NCBI GenBank assembly: GCA_017934045.1
Contig: JAGBKK010000019.1
Location: 1 to 64,000 of the forward strand
Length of the DNA: 64,000 bases
Reading direction: 5' to 3'
Origin: Neisseriaceae bacterium
GTDB lineage: Bacteria > Pseudomonadota > Gammaproteobacteria > Burkholderiales > Neisseriaceae
Shown here: piece by piece, positions 10,020 to 19,899 of the stretch
Layout: each line of letters starts with the position of its first letter
How positions within the stretch are numbered: position 1 is the first letter of the stretch
Notes under the pieces: generated by a model
Told to the model about the DNA's origin: nothing
Database searches by the model: none
Seen by the model: the letters and a program-made list of their open reading frames with translations, nothing else
Program-made: the position numbers and the translations under genes

Positions 10020-10813
10020 ATACACTGACTATTTTTTTACTGATTCTTGCAGGTTCGTTTTCGGGTTTTGCCGCTGGTATGTTAGGCATTGGCGGTGGCG
10101 TGGTGGTGGTGTCGGCTTTGGTGTACTTATTTCACGGACAGTTTGGTTCATCGGAATACTTACAACACACCGCCGTTGGCACGGCGTTTGCGGTGATGGT
10201 AATTACAGGTTTGGTGAATGTTTTTGCCCAGAAAAAATCAAAAAATGTTGATTGGGGTGTGTGCAAAAAGTTTGCACCATTTTTATTTCTTGGCGTAGTG
10301 GTGGGGTCGATTTTCTCATTAGGGCTGCCTGAAAAAGTACTTCGCATTATTTTTGTACTGTTTTTATATTATGCGTCCATCAAAATGTTTTTATCCGACC
10401 CTAAACCGCACAATGTTGGCAAATTAGGTTTTGCGTCTGTGGGCAGTGGTATTGGCGTATTTTCCAGTTGGGTGGGCATTGGCGGCGGTGCGTTAATGGT
10501 GCCGTTTTTCCGCTATTGCGGCTTGTCAGCTCATCACGCCATTGGTACTTCGGGCGTTTTAACTTTTCCCGTGGCATTGGCAGGGGCAGTTGCTTACCTT
10601 TCCGCAGGATTAAACATTAGCAACAGCATTCCCCATACCATAGGCTTTGTTTATTTACCAGGTTTGGCAATTTTGTCGCTATGCACCGCCCTATTTGTGC
10701 CTTTGGGTTCAAAAGCCAAAACCAAACTGCCTGCCATTTGGCTAAAACGCTTATTCGGTGGTATGAATATTACCATTGCGATTTTAATGACCATTAAATT
10801 ATGGACAATGTAA
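10016..10813 (+). CDS. TSUP family (TauE/SafE/YfcA-like) membrane transporter
   Basis: Polytopic 265-aa protein with duplicated GIGGG motifs (MLGIGGGVVVV, WVGIGGGALMVPF). Overlaps the nadD stop by 4 nt. Confidence 0.8.
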   Translation: MNTLTIFLLILAGSFSGFAAGMLGIGGGVVVVSALVYLFHGQFGSSEYLQHTAVGTAFAVMVITGLVNVFAQKKSKNVDWGVCKKFAPFLFLGVVVGSIFSLGLPEKVLRIIFVLFLYYASIKMFLSDPKPHNVGKLGFASVGSGIGVFSSWVGIGGGALMVPFFRYCGLSAHHAIGTSGVLTFPVALAGAVAYLSAGLNISNSIPHTIGFVYLPGLAILSLCTALFVPLGSKAKTKLPAIWLKRLFGGMNITIAILMTIKLWTM

Positions 10814-10962
10814 TTTCAGGCAGCCTGAAATCTCTTTAACTGTCTCTTTTATTGCCATTTTTATCGATATTTATCGCAAAATCTATACAACAATCAATAA
10901 CTTGTTTATCATTAAGTCTTTTACTTTCAGGCTGCCTGAAATCAATAAATATAGGAATAACA

Positions 10963-11868
10963 ATGAAAGTTTTAGTAATTGGTAGTATCAATACTGATTT
11001 TGTAGTGGAAAGCAATATTTTGCCTGAATTGGGCGAAACCGTGTTTGGTCAAGATTTCGCTATGTTATCAGGCGGTAAAGGGGCGAATCAAGCCGTTGCC
11101 GCCGCACGCTTGGGGGCAACAGTATCAATGATTGCCGCCGTGGGCGATGACGAAATGGGCAGACGCGAAACCAAACTTTTAAAACAAGAAAACATTGACA
11201 CCAGCGGCATTCACATTAAAATCGGCGTGCCAACAGGTGTGGCAGTGGTGAATGTATCGCAGGGCGATAATTGCATTATTGTGGTGAGTGGGGCAAACGC
11301 CGCACTCACGGTTGATGATATTCGCGAACAACAGGATAAAATTTTAGCCGCCGATGTGATTTTGTGTTCTTTGGAAATTCCCTTGGCATGTGTGGAATAC
11401 GCCAATCAGCAAGCCTATAAATACGGCAAAAAATTTATTCTCAACCCTGCACCTGCACCACACGATTTGCCTGATGAATTGGTTGCATTGCCCACATTGG
11501 TTACGCCGAATTTAATTGAATACGCTCAAATTTTTGGGCTGCCTGAACACTGTCAAGCCGCCGATGTGGTGCATCATTTCAAACAATATTCGCAAGAGAA
11601 TATGTTGGTAACCTGCGGACGGCACGGCGTTTTGTATCATCATCACAGTTACGCACAACGACAATCAGGCTTTAAGGTCAATACATTAGATTCCACGGGT
11701 GCAGGCGACACTTTCAACGGTGCATTAGCCGCCTTTTTCGATATGCCAAGACGCGAAGCCGTCCGCCACGCCACAGCCGCCGCCGCTTTATCGGTAACCC
11801 GCAAAGGGGCAAGAAACGGTATGCCGTTTATTGAAGAGTTAAAACGCTTTATGCAGGAATATCAATAA
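10963..11868 (+). CDS. rbsK: ribokinase
   Basis: MKVLVIGSINTDF... with GGKGANQAVAAARLG and a C-terminal DSTGAGDTFNGAL (the PfkB signature). Start chosen at MKVLVIG; the track ORF starts 111 nt earlier and runs through a DUS. Confidence 0.8.
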   Translation: MKVLVIGSINTDFVVESNILPELGETVFGQDFAMLSGGKGANQAVAAARLGATVSMIAAVGDDEMGRRETKLLKQENIDTSGIHIKIGVPTGVAVVNVSQGDNCIIVVSGANAALTVDDIREQQDKILAADVILCSLEIPLACVEYANQQAYKYGKKFILNPAPAPHDLPDELVALPTLVTPNLIEYAQIFGLPEHCQAADVVHHFKQYSQENMLVTCGRHGVLYHHHSYAQRQSGFKVNTLDSTGAGDTFNGALAAFFDMPRREAVRHATAAAALSVTRKGARNGMPFIEELKRFMQEYQ

Positions 11869-11889
11869 GTTTCAGGCAGCCTGAAAACA

Positions 11890-12660
11890 ATGAAACGCAA
11901 ATTATTCAAAAAAAACAAAACCATTTTTCCAGATGCCACTGTTTCCGAAGAAAACGGCATTTTGGCTTTGCACTTATCGACCGACACCATACAAAGTGCG
12001 ATGAGCATAGACAATCCGCCTGAATTGGTGTTGGCGTATAGTCGTGCGATGGTGGCGTTTTGTTTGTTTAACGACACGCCGCAACACATTACCCACATTG
12101 GTTTAGGTGGCGGTTCGTTGGTTCGCTGGATTAACGCGTTTTTTCCCAACATTCATCAAATGGCGGTGGAAATCAATCCTACGGTGATTCACATTGCCCG
12201 AATGATGTTTGAATTGCCTTTGGAAGATGAGTTTTTTCAAATTGTCGAAGCGGACGGCACGGAAATTATTGCGGTGATGAACAACAGTACCGATGTGATT
12301 GTGGTTGATGCGTTTGACGGCATTCAAATTATTGATGAAATGCTGGAAATGCCATTCTTGCAAAATTGTCGCCGTGCATTGACGAAATACGGCATTTTTG
12401 TGATTAACCTATGGTCGGCAGATCGGCGTTATCAAGTATTTGTCGAACGCATTAAAAACGCTTTTGACGGCAAAATACTGGAAATTCCTGCCGAAATTGA
12501 CGGCAATGTGGCTGTGTTGGCATTTAACAGGCTGCCTGAAAATATGTCCGATGAAAAACTAAAAAAACAAGCCGAAAACCTAAACAAAATCACCGATATG
12601 AACTTTATCCCCAACTTCACCGCGGTGCGAAAAGATAATCAAAAACGCCGTTTGTGGTAA
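11890..12660 (+). CDS. spermidine synthase-like (polyamine aminopropyltransferase family) protein
   Basis: A GLGGGSLVRW...MAVEINPTVIHIAR...EADGTEII pattern resembling the class I methyltransferase fold of spermidine synthases. Function not certain. Confidence 0.5.
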   Translation: MKRKLFKKNKTIFPDATVSEENGILALHLSTDTIQSAMSIDNPPELVLAYSRAMVAFCLFNDTPQHITHIGLGGGSLVRWINAFFPNIHQMAVEINPTVIHIARMMFELPLEDEFFQIVEADGTEIIAVMNNSTDVIVVDAFDGIQIIDEMLEMPFLQNCRRALTKYGIFVINLWSADRRYQVFVERIKNAFDGKILEIPAEIDGNVAVLAFNRLPENMSDEKLKKQAENLNKITDMNFIPNFTAVRKDNQKRRLW

Positions 12661-12661
12661 G

Positions 12662-12770
12662 TATAGTCAATCAACTTCAAAAGTGAAACAGGCGGCTTTG
12701 CCTGCGACAGTATAAATAATACGGCAAGGCGATACCTGTGCTACATAATTTTGGTATGAATTGACTATAA
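12662..12770. repeat. Correia-like miniature inverted-repeat element (~108 bp)
   Basis: Terminal inverted repeats (TIRs) TATAGTCAATCAACTTCAAAAGT ... ATTGACTATA. Core GACAGTATAAATAATACGGCAAGGC is shared with copies at 7756-7800 and 61041-61110. The TIR resembles the hairpin at 1262-1300. Confidence 0.6.
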
Positions 12771-12776
12771 AAAAAT

Positions 12777-12807
12777 TTCAGGCAGCCTGAATAAAAGGCT
12801 GCCTGAA
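12777..12807. terminator. inverted DUS pair hairpin (bidirectional terminator between the spermidine-synthase-like gene and pilU)
   Basis: CAGGCAGCC-TGAATAAAA-GGCTGCCTG stem-loop between convergent genes. Confidence 0.6.
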
Positions 12808-12828
12808 ATGTGATAAACGATACTCGAA

Positions 12829-14160
12829 TTACATCAAGTCCATTTTTTCGATACGGCGACCGCGTTGGCCAGAATCCAAGCCCTCTTCGTACAACTTGAT
12901 TTCCAAACGCATGTTGTTGGCAGAGTTGGCGTTCATAATGGCTTCGTCATAACTGATGACATCGTTTTTGTACAACTGGAATAAGTGTTGGTCAAAGGTT
13001 TGCATGCCTTCGTCATCGGAACGGTTCATAATGTCTTTAATGCCACCAATATCGCCTTTTAAGATAAGTTCGGCAACCGCTGGGGTGTTTAACATCACTT
13101 CCATCGCCACCACACGACCTGAACCGTCTTTGCGGCGGATAATCCGTTGCGAAATAATCGCTGCCAAGTCCAACGACAAGTCCATAAAGATTTGGGCATG
13201 ACGCATTTCGTCATAGAAGTTAATCACCCGTTCAATCGCTTGGTTGGAGTTGGTGGCGTGCAGGGTACACATACACAAGTGCCCTGTTTGCGACAATTCC
13301 ATGGCGTGGCTCATCGCTTCTTGGTCACGCACCTCACCCACAATCACCACATCAGGGGCTTCACGCATCGCACTCTTCAAGGCTTCGTGCCAGTCAATGG
13401 TGTCAATGCCAATTTCGCGTTGGGTAACAATGGATTTCTTATGTTGGTGTACAAACTCGATGGGGTCTTCAATGGTGATGATATGACCTGGTAAGCGTGT
13501 GTTGCGATGATCCACCATCGCTGCCAAAGAAGTGGATTTACCCGAACCTGTTGCACCCACCACAATAATCAAACCACGGCGTTTCATTGCCAAAGTTTTT
13601 AAGACAGGTGGCAATTCCAACTCGTCCAAAGTGGCAATTTTGGTGCTGATGGTACGCATCACCATACCAATGCGGTTTTGTTCGTGATAGGCATTGCAAC
13701 GGAAACGCACTTCATCGGTGGCACGGTGTGCGAAGTTCAGTTCCAACTCTTTTTCAAATTGGTGAATCATGCGCTCAGACATGGTGGAATACACAATATC
13801 ACGCGTATTTTCTTGCGAGAATGGTTTTTCGGCAATGGGAATAATGGTACCGTTGATTTTCACCGCAGGGGGGAAACCTGGGGCAATGAAAATATCGGAC
13901 GCATTGTGTTCCGCCGCATATCGCATAATTTTGTACAGCGTTTTGTAAGCGCGTTGTAAATGCGGATTGCTTTTACAAATGGAACCTGCATTGCGTAAGG
14001 TTTCATCACCGTAGTCTGAAACCAAATCTTGGGTGGTTGCTTGTTCCAACTGCACTTTTTCAGGGGAGGCTTCTACCACACTGCTTTCTTCTGTTTGCAC
14101 TTGTTGTGGTGTGGCTGGTGCCAATTTCATATTTTCATCAAGTTGATTTTCGTCTGCCAT
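12829..14160 (-). CDS. pilU: type IV pilus retraction ATPase PilU (N-terminally extended)
   Basis: PilT/PilU-family core: GATGSGKST Walker A, His box, AIRNLI-like helix. Sits immediately downstream of pilT. The first ~60 residues are an unusual Q/E-rich extension, so the true start may lie internally. Confidence 0.75.
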   Translation of the reverse strand: MADENQLDENMKLAPATPQQVQTEESSVVEASPEKVQLEQATTQDLVSDYGDETLRNAGSICKSNPHLQRAYKTLYKIMRYAAEHNASDIFIAPGFPPAVKINGTIIPIAEKPFSQENTRDIVYSTMSERMIHQFEKELELNFAHRATDEVRFRCNAYHEQNRIGMVMRTISTKIATLDELELPPVLKTLAMKRRGLIIVVGATGSGKSTSLAAMVDHRNTRLPGHIITIEDPIEFVHQHKKSIVTQREIGIDTIDWHEALKSAMREAPDVVIVGEVRDQEAMSHAMELSQTGHLCMCTLHATNSNQAIERVINFYDEMRHAQIFMDLSLDLAAIISQRIIRRKDGSGRVVAMEVMLNTPAVAELILKGDIGGIKDIMNRSDDEGMQTFDQHLFQLYKNDVISYDEAIMNANSANNMRLEIKLYEEGLDSGQRGRRIEKMDLM

Positions 14161-14181
14161 TTTGGATTCTCCGTCTCAAAA

Positions 14182-15222
14182 TTAACCGATATTGGCGGCG
14201 TTTTGTGCTTTGGCGCGTGCGGCTTCGATAGAAATCAAACCTTTTTTCAACAACGCTGAAAGCGATTGATCAAGGGTTTGCATACCGTATTGCTGACCTG
14301 TTTGAATCATCGAACCCATTTGGGCGATTTTGTTTTCACGAATCAAGTTACGAATCGCAGGGGTGGCAATCATTACTTCGTATGCAGCAACCCGTCCGTT
14401 ACCATCGCGTTTTTTCAACAGGGTTTGTGAAATTACCGAACGCAAGGATTCCGACAACATGGTACGAATCATATCTTTTTCGCCACCTGGGAATGAATCC
14501 ACAATACGGTCAACCGTTTTGGCAGCCCCTGTGGTGTGCAAGGTAGCAAACACCAAGTGCCCTGTTTCGGCGGCGGTCAGTGCCAAACGAATGGTTTCAA
14601 TATCACGCATCTCGCCCACGAGAATCACATCAGGGTCTTCACGCAAAGCCGAACGCAAGGCATTATCGAAACTGTGGGTGTGTTCGTGCAGTTCGCGTTG
14701 GTTAATCAAGGCTTTTTTCGATTGATGCACAAACTCGATTGGGTCTTCAATGGTTAAGATATGGCAGGGTGAAATGTCGTTAATGTAATCAATCATCGCT
14801 GCCAAAGTGGTGGATTTACCTGAACCTGTCGGACCTGTTACCAACACCAAACCGCGTGGGGTATTACAAATGTCTTTGAAGATTTTAGGTGAATCTAATT
14901 GTTCCAGCGTTAAAACTTCGGTCGGAATAGTACGGAATACCGCCGCAGGACCACGATTGATATTAAACGCATTCACACGGAAGCGAGCAACACCAGGCAG
15001 TTCAAACGAAAAGTCGGTTTCCAAGTTGTGTTGATACGCCTTGCGTTGCGAGTCGTTCATAATGTCGGTAATCATACCGAAAGTATCTTCGGTGGTGGTC
15101 GCAGGCAAGTTAATTCTACGCATTTCGCCGTGTACACGAATCATTGGCGGCAAACCTGTACTGATGTGCAAGTCAGACGCTTTGTTTTGTACTGCAAATG
15201 CTAATAAGTCGGTAATATGCAT
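14182..15222 (-). CDS. pilT: twitching motility ATPase PilT
   Basis: MHITDLLAFAVQNKASDLHISTGLPPMIRVHGEMRRIN, GPTGSGKSTT, and a 346-aa length typical of PilT. Confidence 0.9.
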   Translation of the reverse strand: MHITDLLAFAVQNKASDLHISTGLPPMIRVHGEMRRINLPATTTEDTFGMITDIMNDSQRKAYQHNLETDFSFELPGVARFRVNAFNINRGPAAVFRTIPTEVLTLEQLDSPKIFKDICNTPRGLVLVTGPTGSGKSTTLAAMIDYINDISPCHILTIEDPIEFVHQSKKALINQRELHEHTHSFDNALRSALREDPDVILVGEMRDIETIRLALTAAETGHLVFATLHTTGAAKTVDRIVDSFPGGEKDMIRTMLSESLRSVISQTLLKKRDGNGRVAAYEVMIATPAIRNLIRENKIAQMGSMIQTGQQYGMQTLDQSLSALLKKGLISIEAARAKAQNAANIG

Positions 15223-15368
15223 AAGTCAGCCTCAATTTCAAGGACAATAAAAAGAAAATTTTAACTATTGGATATTAACACGCCAAGAGCAAAATAGTGA
15301 TAAATATCGGCAAAATAATGGCAAAAATCGTTAAAATTGTTTCATTTTTATCAGGAAAACCGCCGAAT

Positions 15369-16043
15369 ATGAATACCACACTTGAAGAACGCTATCAAAA
15401 ATTAATCGCACACATCGCACAATACAGGCAGCCTGAAAGCGTTTGTCTGATTGCGGTAAGCAAAACTTTTCCTGCAAGCGATATTCAAACTTTATACAAT
15501 TTAGGACAACGCCATTTTGGTGAAAATTATATTCAAGAGTGGCAAGACAAAATTTTCAGGCTGCCTGAAAACATTGTGTGGCATATTATTGGCGATATTC
15601 AGTCGAATAAAACCCGAGTGGTTGCCGAAAACGCACACTGGGTGCATACGCTCTCACGCGAAAAAATTGCCAAACGATTATCACAACAACGCCCTAATGA
15701 TTTACCGCCATTGCAAGTGTGTGTGGAAGTCAATATTTCAGAAGAAAATCAAAAACACGGTTTGGCAGTGAATGAAGTTTATGACTTTTGCCAATATATC
15801 AAAGAATTACCACAATTAAACTTGCGTGGCTTAATGGCTGTGCCGTCTGACGCTGATGAACAAACCGTCAAACAACAAATGCAACAAATGAACACTTTGT
15901 TTTTGCAATTAAATCAACAAGGTTTAGCATTGGATACGCTGTCAATGGGTATGTCGGGCGATTGGCAATGGGCGTTAGAATATGGTGCAACGCATATTCG
16001 TATTGGCAGTGCTTTGTTTGGGAAAAGAAATTATGCACAATAA
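15369..16043 (+). CDS. yggS: YggS family pyridoxal-phosphate homeostasis protein
   Basis: AVSKTFP (PLP-binding Lys) and RHFGENYIQE motifs. Start at MNTTLEERYQ. Divergent from pilT, as in Neisseria. Confidence 0.85.
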   Translation: MNTTLEERYQKLIAHIAQYRQPESVCLIAVSKTFPASDIQTLYNLGQRHFGENYIQEWQDKIFRLPENIVWHIIGDIQSNKTRVVAENAHWVHTLSREKIAKRLSQQRPNDLPPLQVCVEVNISEENQKHGLAVNEVYDFCQYIKELPQLNLRGLMAVPSDADEQTVKQQMQQMNTLFLQLNQQGLALDTLSMGMSGDWQWALEYGATHIRIGSALFGKRNYAQ

Positions 16044-16174
16044 AGCATTTTCAGGCAGCCTGAAATACCACTTTCACCCTAAAATACTCAATAAAAACAC
16101 AAATTTCGTTTTCAGGCTGCCTGAAAATGTTTTAAAATATGCCCTTTTATAACTTGAACATTTGGATAACAAAA

Positions 16175-16957
16175 ATGGGTTTTCTTCAAGGCAAAAAAAT
16201 ACTCATCACAGGAATGATTTCGGAACGCTCCATTGCCTATGGCATTGCCAAAGCGTGTCATGCACAAGGGGCGGAGTTGGCTTTTACTTTTGTGGTCGAT
16301 AAATTAGAAGACCGCATTCGCAAAATGGCAGCCGAATTTGGTTCGGACATTGTGTTGCGGCTTGATGTACAAAGCGATGACGACATTAACCAGTTGTTTG
16401 TGGAATTAGACAAACGCTGGGACGGTTTAGACGGCTTGGTGCATGCTGTGGCGTTTGCACCCAAAGAAGCCTTGGACGGCAACTTTTTGGACAATATCAG
16501 CCGTGAAGCATTCCGCATTGCCCACGATGTTTCGGCTTACAGCCTGCCTGCGTTAGCCAAAGCCGCTCGTCCAATGATGACAGGTCGCAATGCTGCCTTG
16601 TTGGCTTTAACCTATTTGGGCGCGGTGCGTGCTATTCCGCATTACAATGTCATGGGTTTGGCAAAAGCGTCTTTGGAAGCGTCTATTCGTTACACCGCTG
16701 CCGCCGTGGGTCGTTCTGGCATTCGTTGTAACGGCATTTCCGCAGGGCCTGTAAAAACCATTGCCGCGTCAGGCATTGCCGACTTTAACAAATTGCTGAA
16801 AATCGCTGCCGATAATAATATTATGGGTCGCAATGTAACCACCGAAGAAATCGGCAACGCCGCCGCATTCTTGCTGTCGGATTTAGCATCAGGCATTACA
16901 GGCGAAATTACCTATGTCGATTGCGGTTACAGTGTGAATGCACTGTCGGCAGAATAA
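16175..16957 (+). CDS. fabI: enoyl-[acyl-carrier-protein] reductase (NADH)
   Basis: MGFLQGKKILITGMISERSIAYGIAKA, and a catalytic Y..K region (YNVMGLAKASLEAS) of FabI SDRs. Confidence 0.9.
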   Translation: MGFLQGKKILITGMISERSIAYGIAKACHAQGAELAFTFVVDKLEDRIRKMAAEFGSDIVLRLDVQSDDDINQLFVELDKRWDGLDGLVHAVAFAPKEALDGNFLDNISREAFRIAHDVSAYSLPALAKAARPMMTGRNAALLALTYLGAVRAIPHYNVMGLAKASLEASIRYTAAAVGRSGIRCNGISAGPVKTIAASGIADFNKLLKIAADNNIMGRNVTTEEIGNAAAFLLSDLASGITGEITYVDCGYSVNALSAE

Positions 16958-17041
16958 ATTAAGTTCCCCAAATACGACTGTAACTGCTACAATGTTGGCA
17001 GTTACAGTCGAAATTTTAGCAACTTCAAAGGAACTAAAATT

Positions 17042-17527
17042 ATGAACCGTCAATATTCAATACCAGATTTAGAAAAAATCGCCGAAATTGTTATTAAAGA
17101 ATTTGGTTGTGGCGATGATGTTGATGTTATACAACTGGCTAATCAGTTAGGTTTTGAAGTATATCAAACTGATTTCGCTGATGATATAGCAGGAAAAGTT
17201 GAAAGAAACAGTACAAATTCTAGAATTTTTGTAAATCGTTCCGATATTCCTGCACGCAAAAGATTTACTGTTGCCCACGAAATTGGACACATAATCCTAC
17301 ATAATGATATTAGCAAGGATATTGACTTTGTAGATTACAGGAATAATGGCAAATACGATCAACGCGAGTTTGAAGCCGATAACTTTGCAGCAGCATTACT
17401 TATGCCAAGAGAAAAAAGCAAAAAAGTTTGGAACGAATATCATGATATTGATGATTTTGCAGTAGTAATGGGGGTTTCTAAAAGAGCCGCTGCAATAAGA
17501 TTAAGTAATTTAGGGTTAATATCATGA
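17042..17527 (+). CDS. ImmA/IrrE family (DUF955) zinc metallopeptidase
   Basis: HEIGHIILH (HExxH) plus the downstream E/D ligand region typical of COG2856 peptidases. No HTH domain. AT-rich. Confidence 0.7.
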   Translation: MNRQYSIPDLEKIAEIVIKEFGCGDDVDVIQLANQLGFEVYQTDFADDIAGKVERNSTNSRIFVNRSDIPARKRFTVAHEIGHIILHNDISKDIDFVDYRNNGKYDQREFEADNFAAALLMPREKSKKVWNEYHDIDDFAVVMGVSKRAAAIRLSNLGLIS

Positions 17528-17895
17528 ATGATAATCTACAAAAATTACAAGAAAAAATACAACTAATACCAACAGAAGACCACAAACCCCAGCATAAGAA
17601 TAGTGAGCCTGTAAATAAAGAGCTTGTAAGAAGAGAAGATTTAGAAGCAAAAGAAAAAAACCAAACAATACAATTACGAGAAAAATATGCTAATCGTCTT
17701 CTTTGGTTGTTGATTATGGAAATCGTGTTTATAGGAGTTATCGTTGCTCTTGGGGGAGTAAAAATTTCTACTAAATGGTTTTCTTACGAAACAAACCCAT
17801 ATTTAGTTTCTATTTTTTCGAGTGGTGCTTTAATTCACTCTTTTATGCTGGTCAAAATAATAGTTGAAAATTTATTTGTCAAAGCAAAAAAATAA
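17524..17895 (+). CDS. hypothetical coiled-coil membrane protein (partner of the ImmA-like gene)
   Basis: 123 aa. Charged coiled-coil N-terminus followed by two hydrophobic helices. Start overlaps the upstream stop (ATGA). Confidence 0.5.
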   Translation: MNDNLQKLQEKIQLIPTEDHKPQHKNSEPVNKELVRREDLEAKEKNQTIQLREKYANRLLWLLIMEIVFIGVIVALGGVKISTKWFSYETNPYLVSIFSSGALIHSFMLVKIIVENLFVKAKK

Positions 17896-17920
17896 CCTTT
17901 TCAGGCAGCCTGAAAATATA

Positions 17921-17949
17921 AAAAAGACGGTTTCAAAACCGTCTTTTTT
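17921..17949. terminator. bidirectional rho-independent terminator (AAAAAGACGGTTT-CAAA-AACCGTCTTTTTT)
   Basis: Perfect 8-bp stem with an A-run 5' and a T-run 3'. Lies between the convergent ImmA-pair and purC genes. Confidence 0.8.
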
Positions 17950-17962
17950 ATTATGCCCAAAA

Positions 17963-18823
17963 TCAAGCCGTAAGTAAATTCAACGCTTCCTGATATTTTG
18001 CCACGGTTTTGGCGATGATTTCGGCAGGAACTTTGGGGGCTGGCGGTTGTTTGTTCCAGCCTGATTGTTCTAACCAGTCGCGGATAAATTGTTTGTCAAA
18101 TGACGGCGGATTTGTGCCCACTTGGTAGGACGATTTTGGCCAAAAACGGCTGGAATCAGGTGTTAAAACTTCGTCCATTAAAGTTAGCACGCCGTTTTCG
18201 TCCAAGCCAAATTCAAATTTGGTGTCGGCAATGATAATGCCGCGACTTTCGGCGTGGCTTGCCGCGGCTTTGTATAAGGCAATCGCTTTGTCGCGTACTT
18301 GCACCGCAATTTCATAGCCTAAAATATCGGCACAGGTGTCAAAGTCAATATTTTCGTCATGCTCGCCAACTTCGGCTTTGGTCGATGGCGTGAAAATCAC
18401 TTTGGGCAGTTTCTCTGCTTCTTGCAAGTTTTCAGGGAGCGAAATACCGCAGATACCGCCTGTTTTTTGATATTCTTTCCAGCCGCTGCCTGAAATATAG
18501 CCACGCACAATGGCTTCGCATTTAATCGGCGTTAAGCGTTTGACCACCACCGCACGCTTTTCAATCGTCTTGGCAATATCCGCAGGCAAAATATCAAACA
18601 CCGTTTCGCCTGTAAAATGATTGGGCAAAATGCCTGATAATTTGGCAAACCAAAAATTGGAAATGGCGGTTAAAATTTCGCCCTTGCCAACGATGGGATC
18701 AGGCAAAATCACATCAAAGGCAGACAAGCGGTCGGTGGCAACCATCAGCATGCGTTTGTCATCAATTTCGTATAAATCACGCACTTTGCCTGAATAAATT
18801 TTTTTCAAGGGAATGTTCATCAT
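17963..18823 (-). CDS. purC: phosphoribosylaminoimidazole-succinocarboxamide synthase
   Basis: [37 protein letters not shown] is classical SAICAR synthetase. Start moved to the internal MM; the track ORF has a 64-aa non-homologous N-terminal extension. Confidence 0.9.
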   Translation of the reverse strand: MMNIPLKKIYSGKVRDLYEIDDKRMLMVATDRLSAFDVILPDPIVGKGEILTAISNFWFAKLSGILPNHFTGETVFDILPADIAKTIEKRAVVVKRLTPIKCEAIVRGYISGSGWKEYQKTGGICGISLPENLQEAEKLPKVIFTPSTKAEVGEHDENIDFDTCADILGYEIAVQVRDKAIALYKAAASHAESRGIIIADTKFEFGLDENGVLTLMDEVLTPDSSRFWPKSSYQVGTNPPSFDKQFIRDWLEQSGWNKQPPAPKVPAEIIAKTVAKYQEALNLLTA

Positions 18824-18839
18824 TGCGTCCTTTTTAAAT

Positions 18840-19571
18840 TTAACTTTCGGCATTATACGCCGTTTTTTCAGGGATATTCGCTGTGGCAAACCCCACATTG
18901 CCCACTGGTGCGAATTTTTTTTCAGGTTGCCGAATGGGGCGAGCGTTGTAATGGCGTTTGATTGCCGAAATACCATACACCGCCGCACAAGACGGCAACC
19001 AGCGATCGCCCGCAAGATTGATAAAGTTTAAGAATTTCAATAAATTACTATCCGAAATCGGCGGCGTGTATTGCATAAATCTGCCTGTATTCAGTTCAAA
19101 ACCCAACAAGGCTAACCAGTCTTTTAAGCGAGCTAATTGAATAAAGCGTTGGCGTGGCGGTAAAATTTTGCCGCATTTGGGCGAAAAATACCATAAACTC
19201 AACGGGTTAAATCCTGTAATGATTAACCGCCCTTCGCCACGCAACACACGATACACTTCACGCAACAGCGAATGAGGGTGGTCGTGAAAATTTAAGGAGT
19301 GCGGCAAAATCACCGCATCAACACTTTCGCTTGATAAAGGCAGTTGTTGCCAATCGCACACAATGTGGGTGTTGGTTTCAGGCGTTTGCGACAAAATAAT
19401 CTTGCGAGAAACTTGGGCATTTTCCACAGCCTGCCACGCACCGCCCAGCTGAATGGCGGTCTGCCCAAAAATATCACGGCTTTCGGTAGCAAAAAACCGC
19501 TCTTCCGCCGCATATAAGGCAAGCCCTGCCGCAGAATTGTGTAACCATTCATTAAACGCTTGATTGATCAT
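18840..19571 (-). CDS. class I SAM-dependent methyltransferase
   Basis: Methyltransferase-type-11-like fold with [15 protein letters not shown] and [10 protein letters not shown]. Immediately upstream of purC on the same strand. Confidence 0.6.
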   Translation of the reverse strand: MINQAFNEWLHNSAAGLALYAAEERFFATESRDIFGQTAIQLGGAWQAVENAQVSRKIILSQTPETNTHIVCDWQQLPLSSESVDAVILPHSLNFHDHPHSLLREVYRVLRGEGRLIITGFNPLSLWYFSPKCGKILPPRQRFIQLARLKDWLALLGFELNTGRFMQYTPPISDSNLLKFLNFINLAGDRWLPSCAAVYGISAIKRHYNARPIRQPEKKFAPVGNVGFATANIPEKTAYNAES

Positions 19572-19732
19572 ATTATTATCCTGATAAAAGAATATTCAAG
19601 CTGCCTGAAAAGCATTTATTATAAAGTATATCCGTTTGTTTTTTTTGCGTAAAATTTCAGGCAGCCTGAACAATAAAAAACAACGCCTTTGGTGTTGTCG
19701 TGGGTAGCCTGTCCGCCTTACGGCTGAAAAAC

Positions 19733-19899
19733 GCGTGGGCAACAAGTTGCCCACCCTACACTTGCTTGCTGTCATTACAAGCCGTGCATTATGCACGGCG
19801 TATACAATCTTATTGCTACAAAGCACAGACTTCAAAAAAATTCCTGTCATTACGAGACTAACGCAGCAGGTGTAGGGTGGGCAACTTTGTTGCCCACGC
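19733..19899. repeat. composite palindromic repeat element (two inverted copies of GCGTGGGCAACAAGTTGCCCACCCTACAC bracketing ~110 bp)
   Basis: Copy 1 at 19733-19761, inverted copy at 19871-19899. The internal sequence has a hairpin GCCGTGCATTATGCACGGC and TGTCATTAC repeats. Further unit copies at 19985-20013, 48214-48240, 62951-62983 (degenerate) and 63981-64000. Confidence 0.65.

Noticed and set aside
12956-15250. Numerous + strand ORFs (up to 131 aa) overlapping pilT and pilU
   Set aside because: They are antisense to two strongly conserved ATPase genes. They have no start context or recognisable motifs. They are typical GC-rich antisense open frames.
18913-18922. T8/A8 homopolymer inside the methyltransferase gene (and a similar A8 in xerD at 7427-7434) as phase-variation candidates
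   Set aside because: They are short tracts in moderately AT-rich coding DNA encoding Lys-Lys. That is below the length usually needed for appreciable slippage, and they sit in housekeeping genes.
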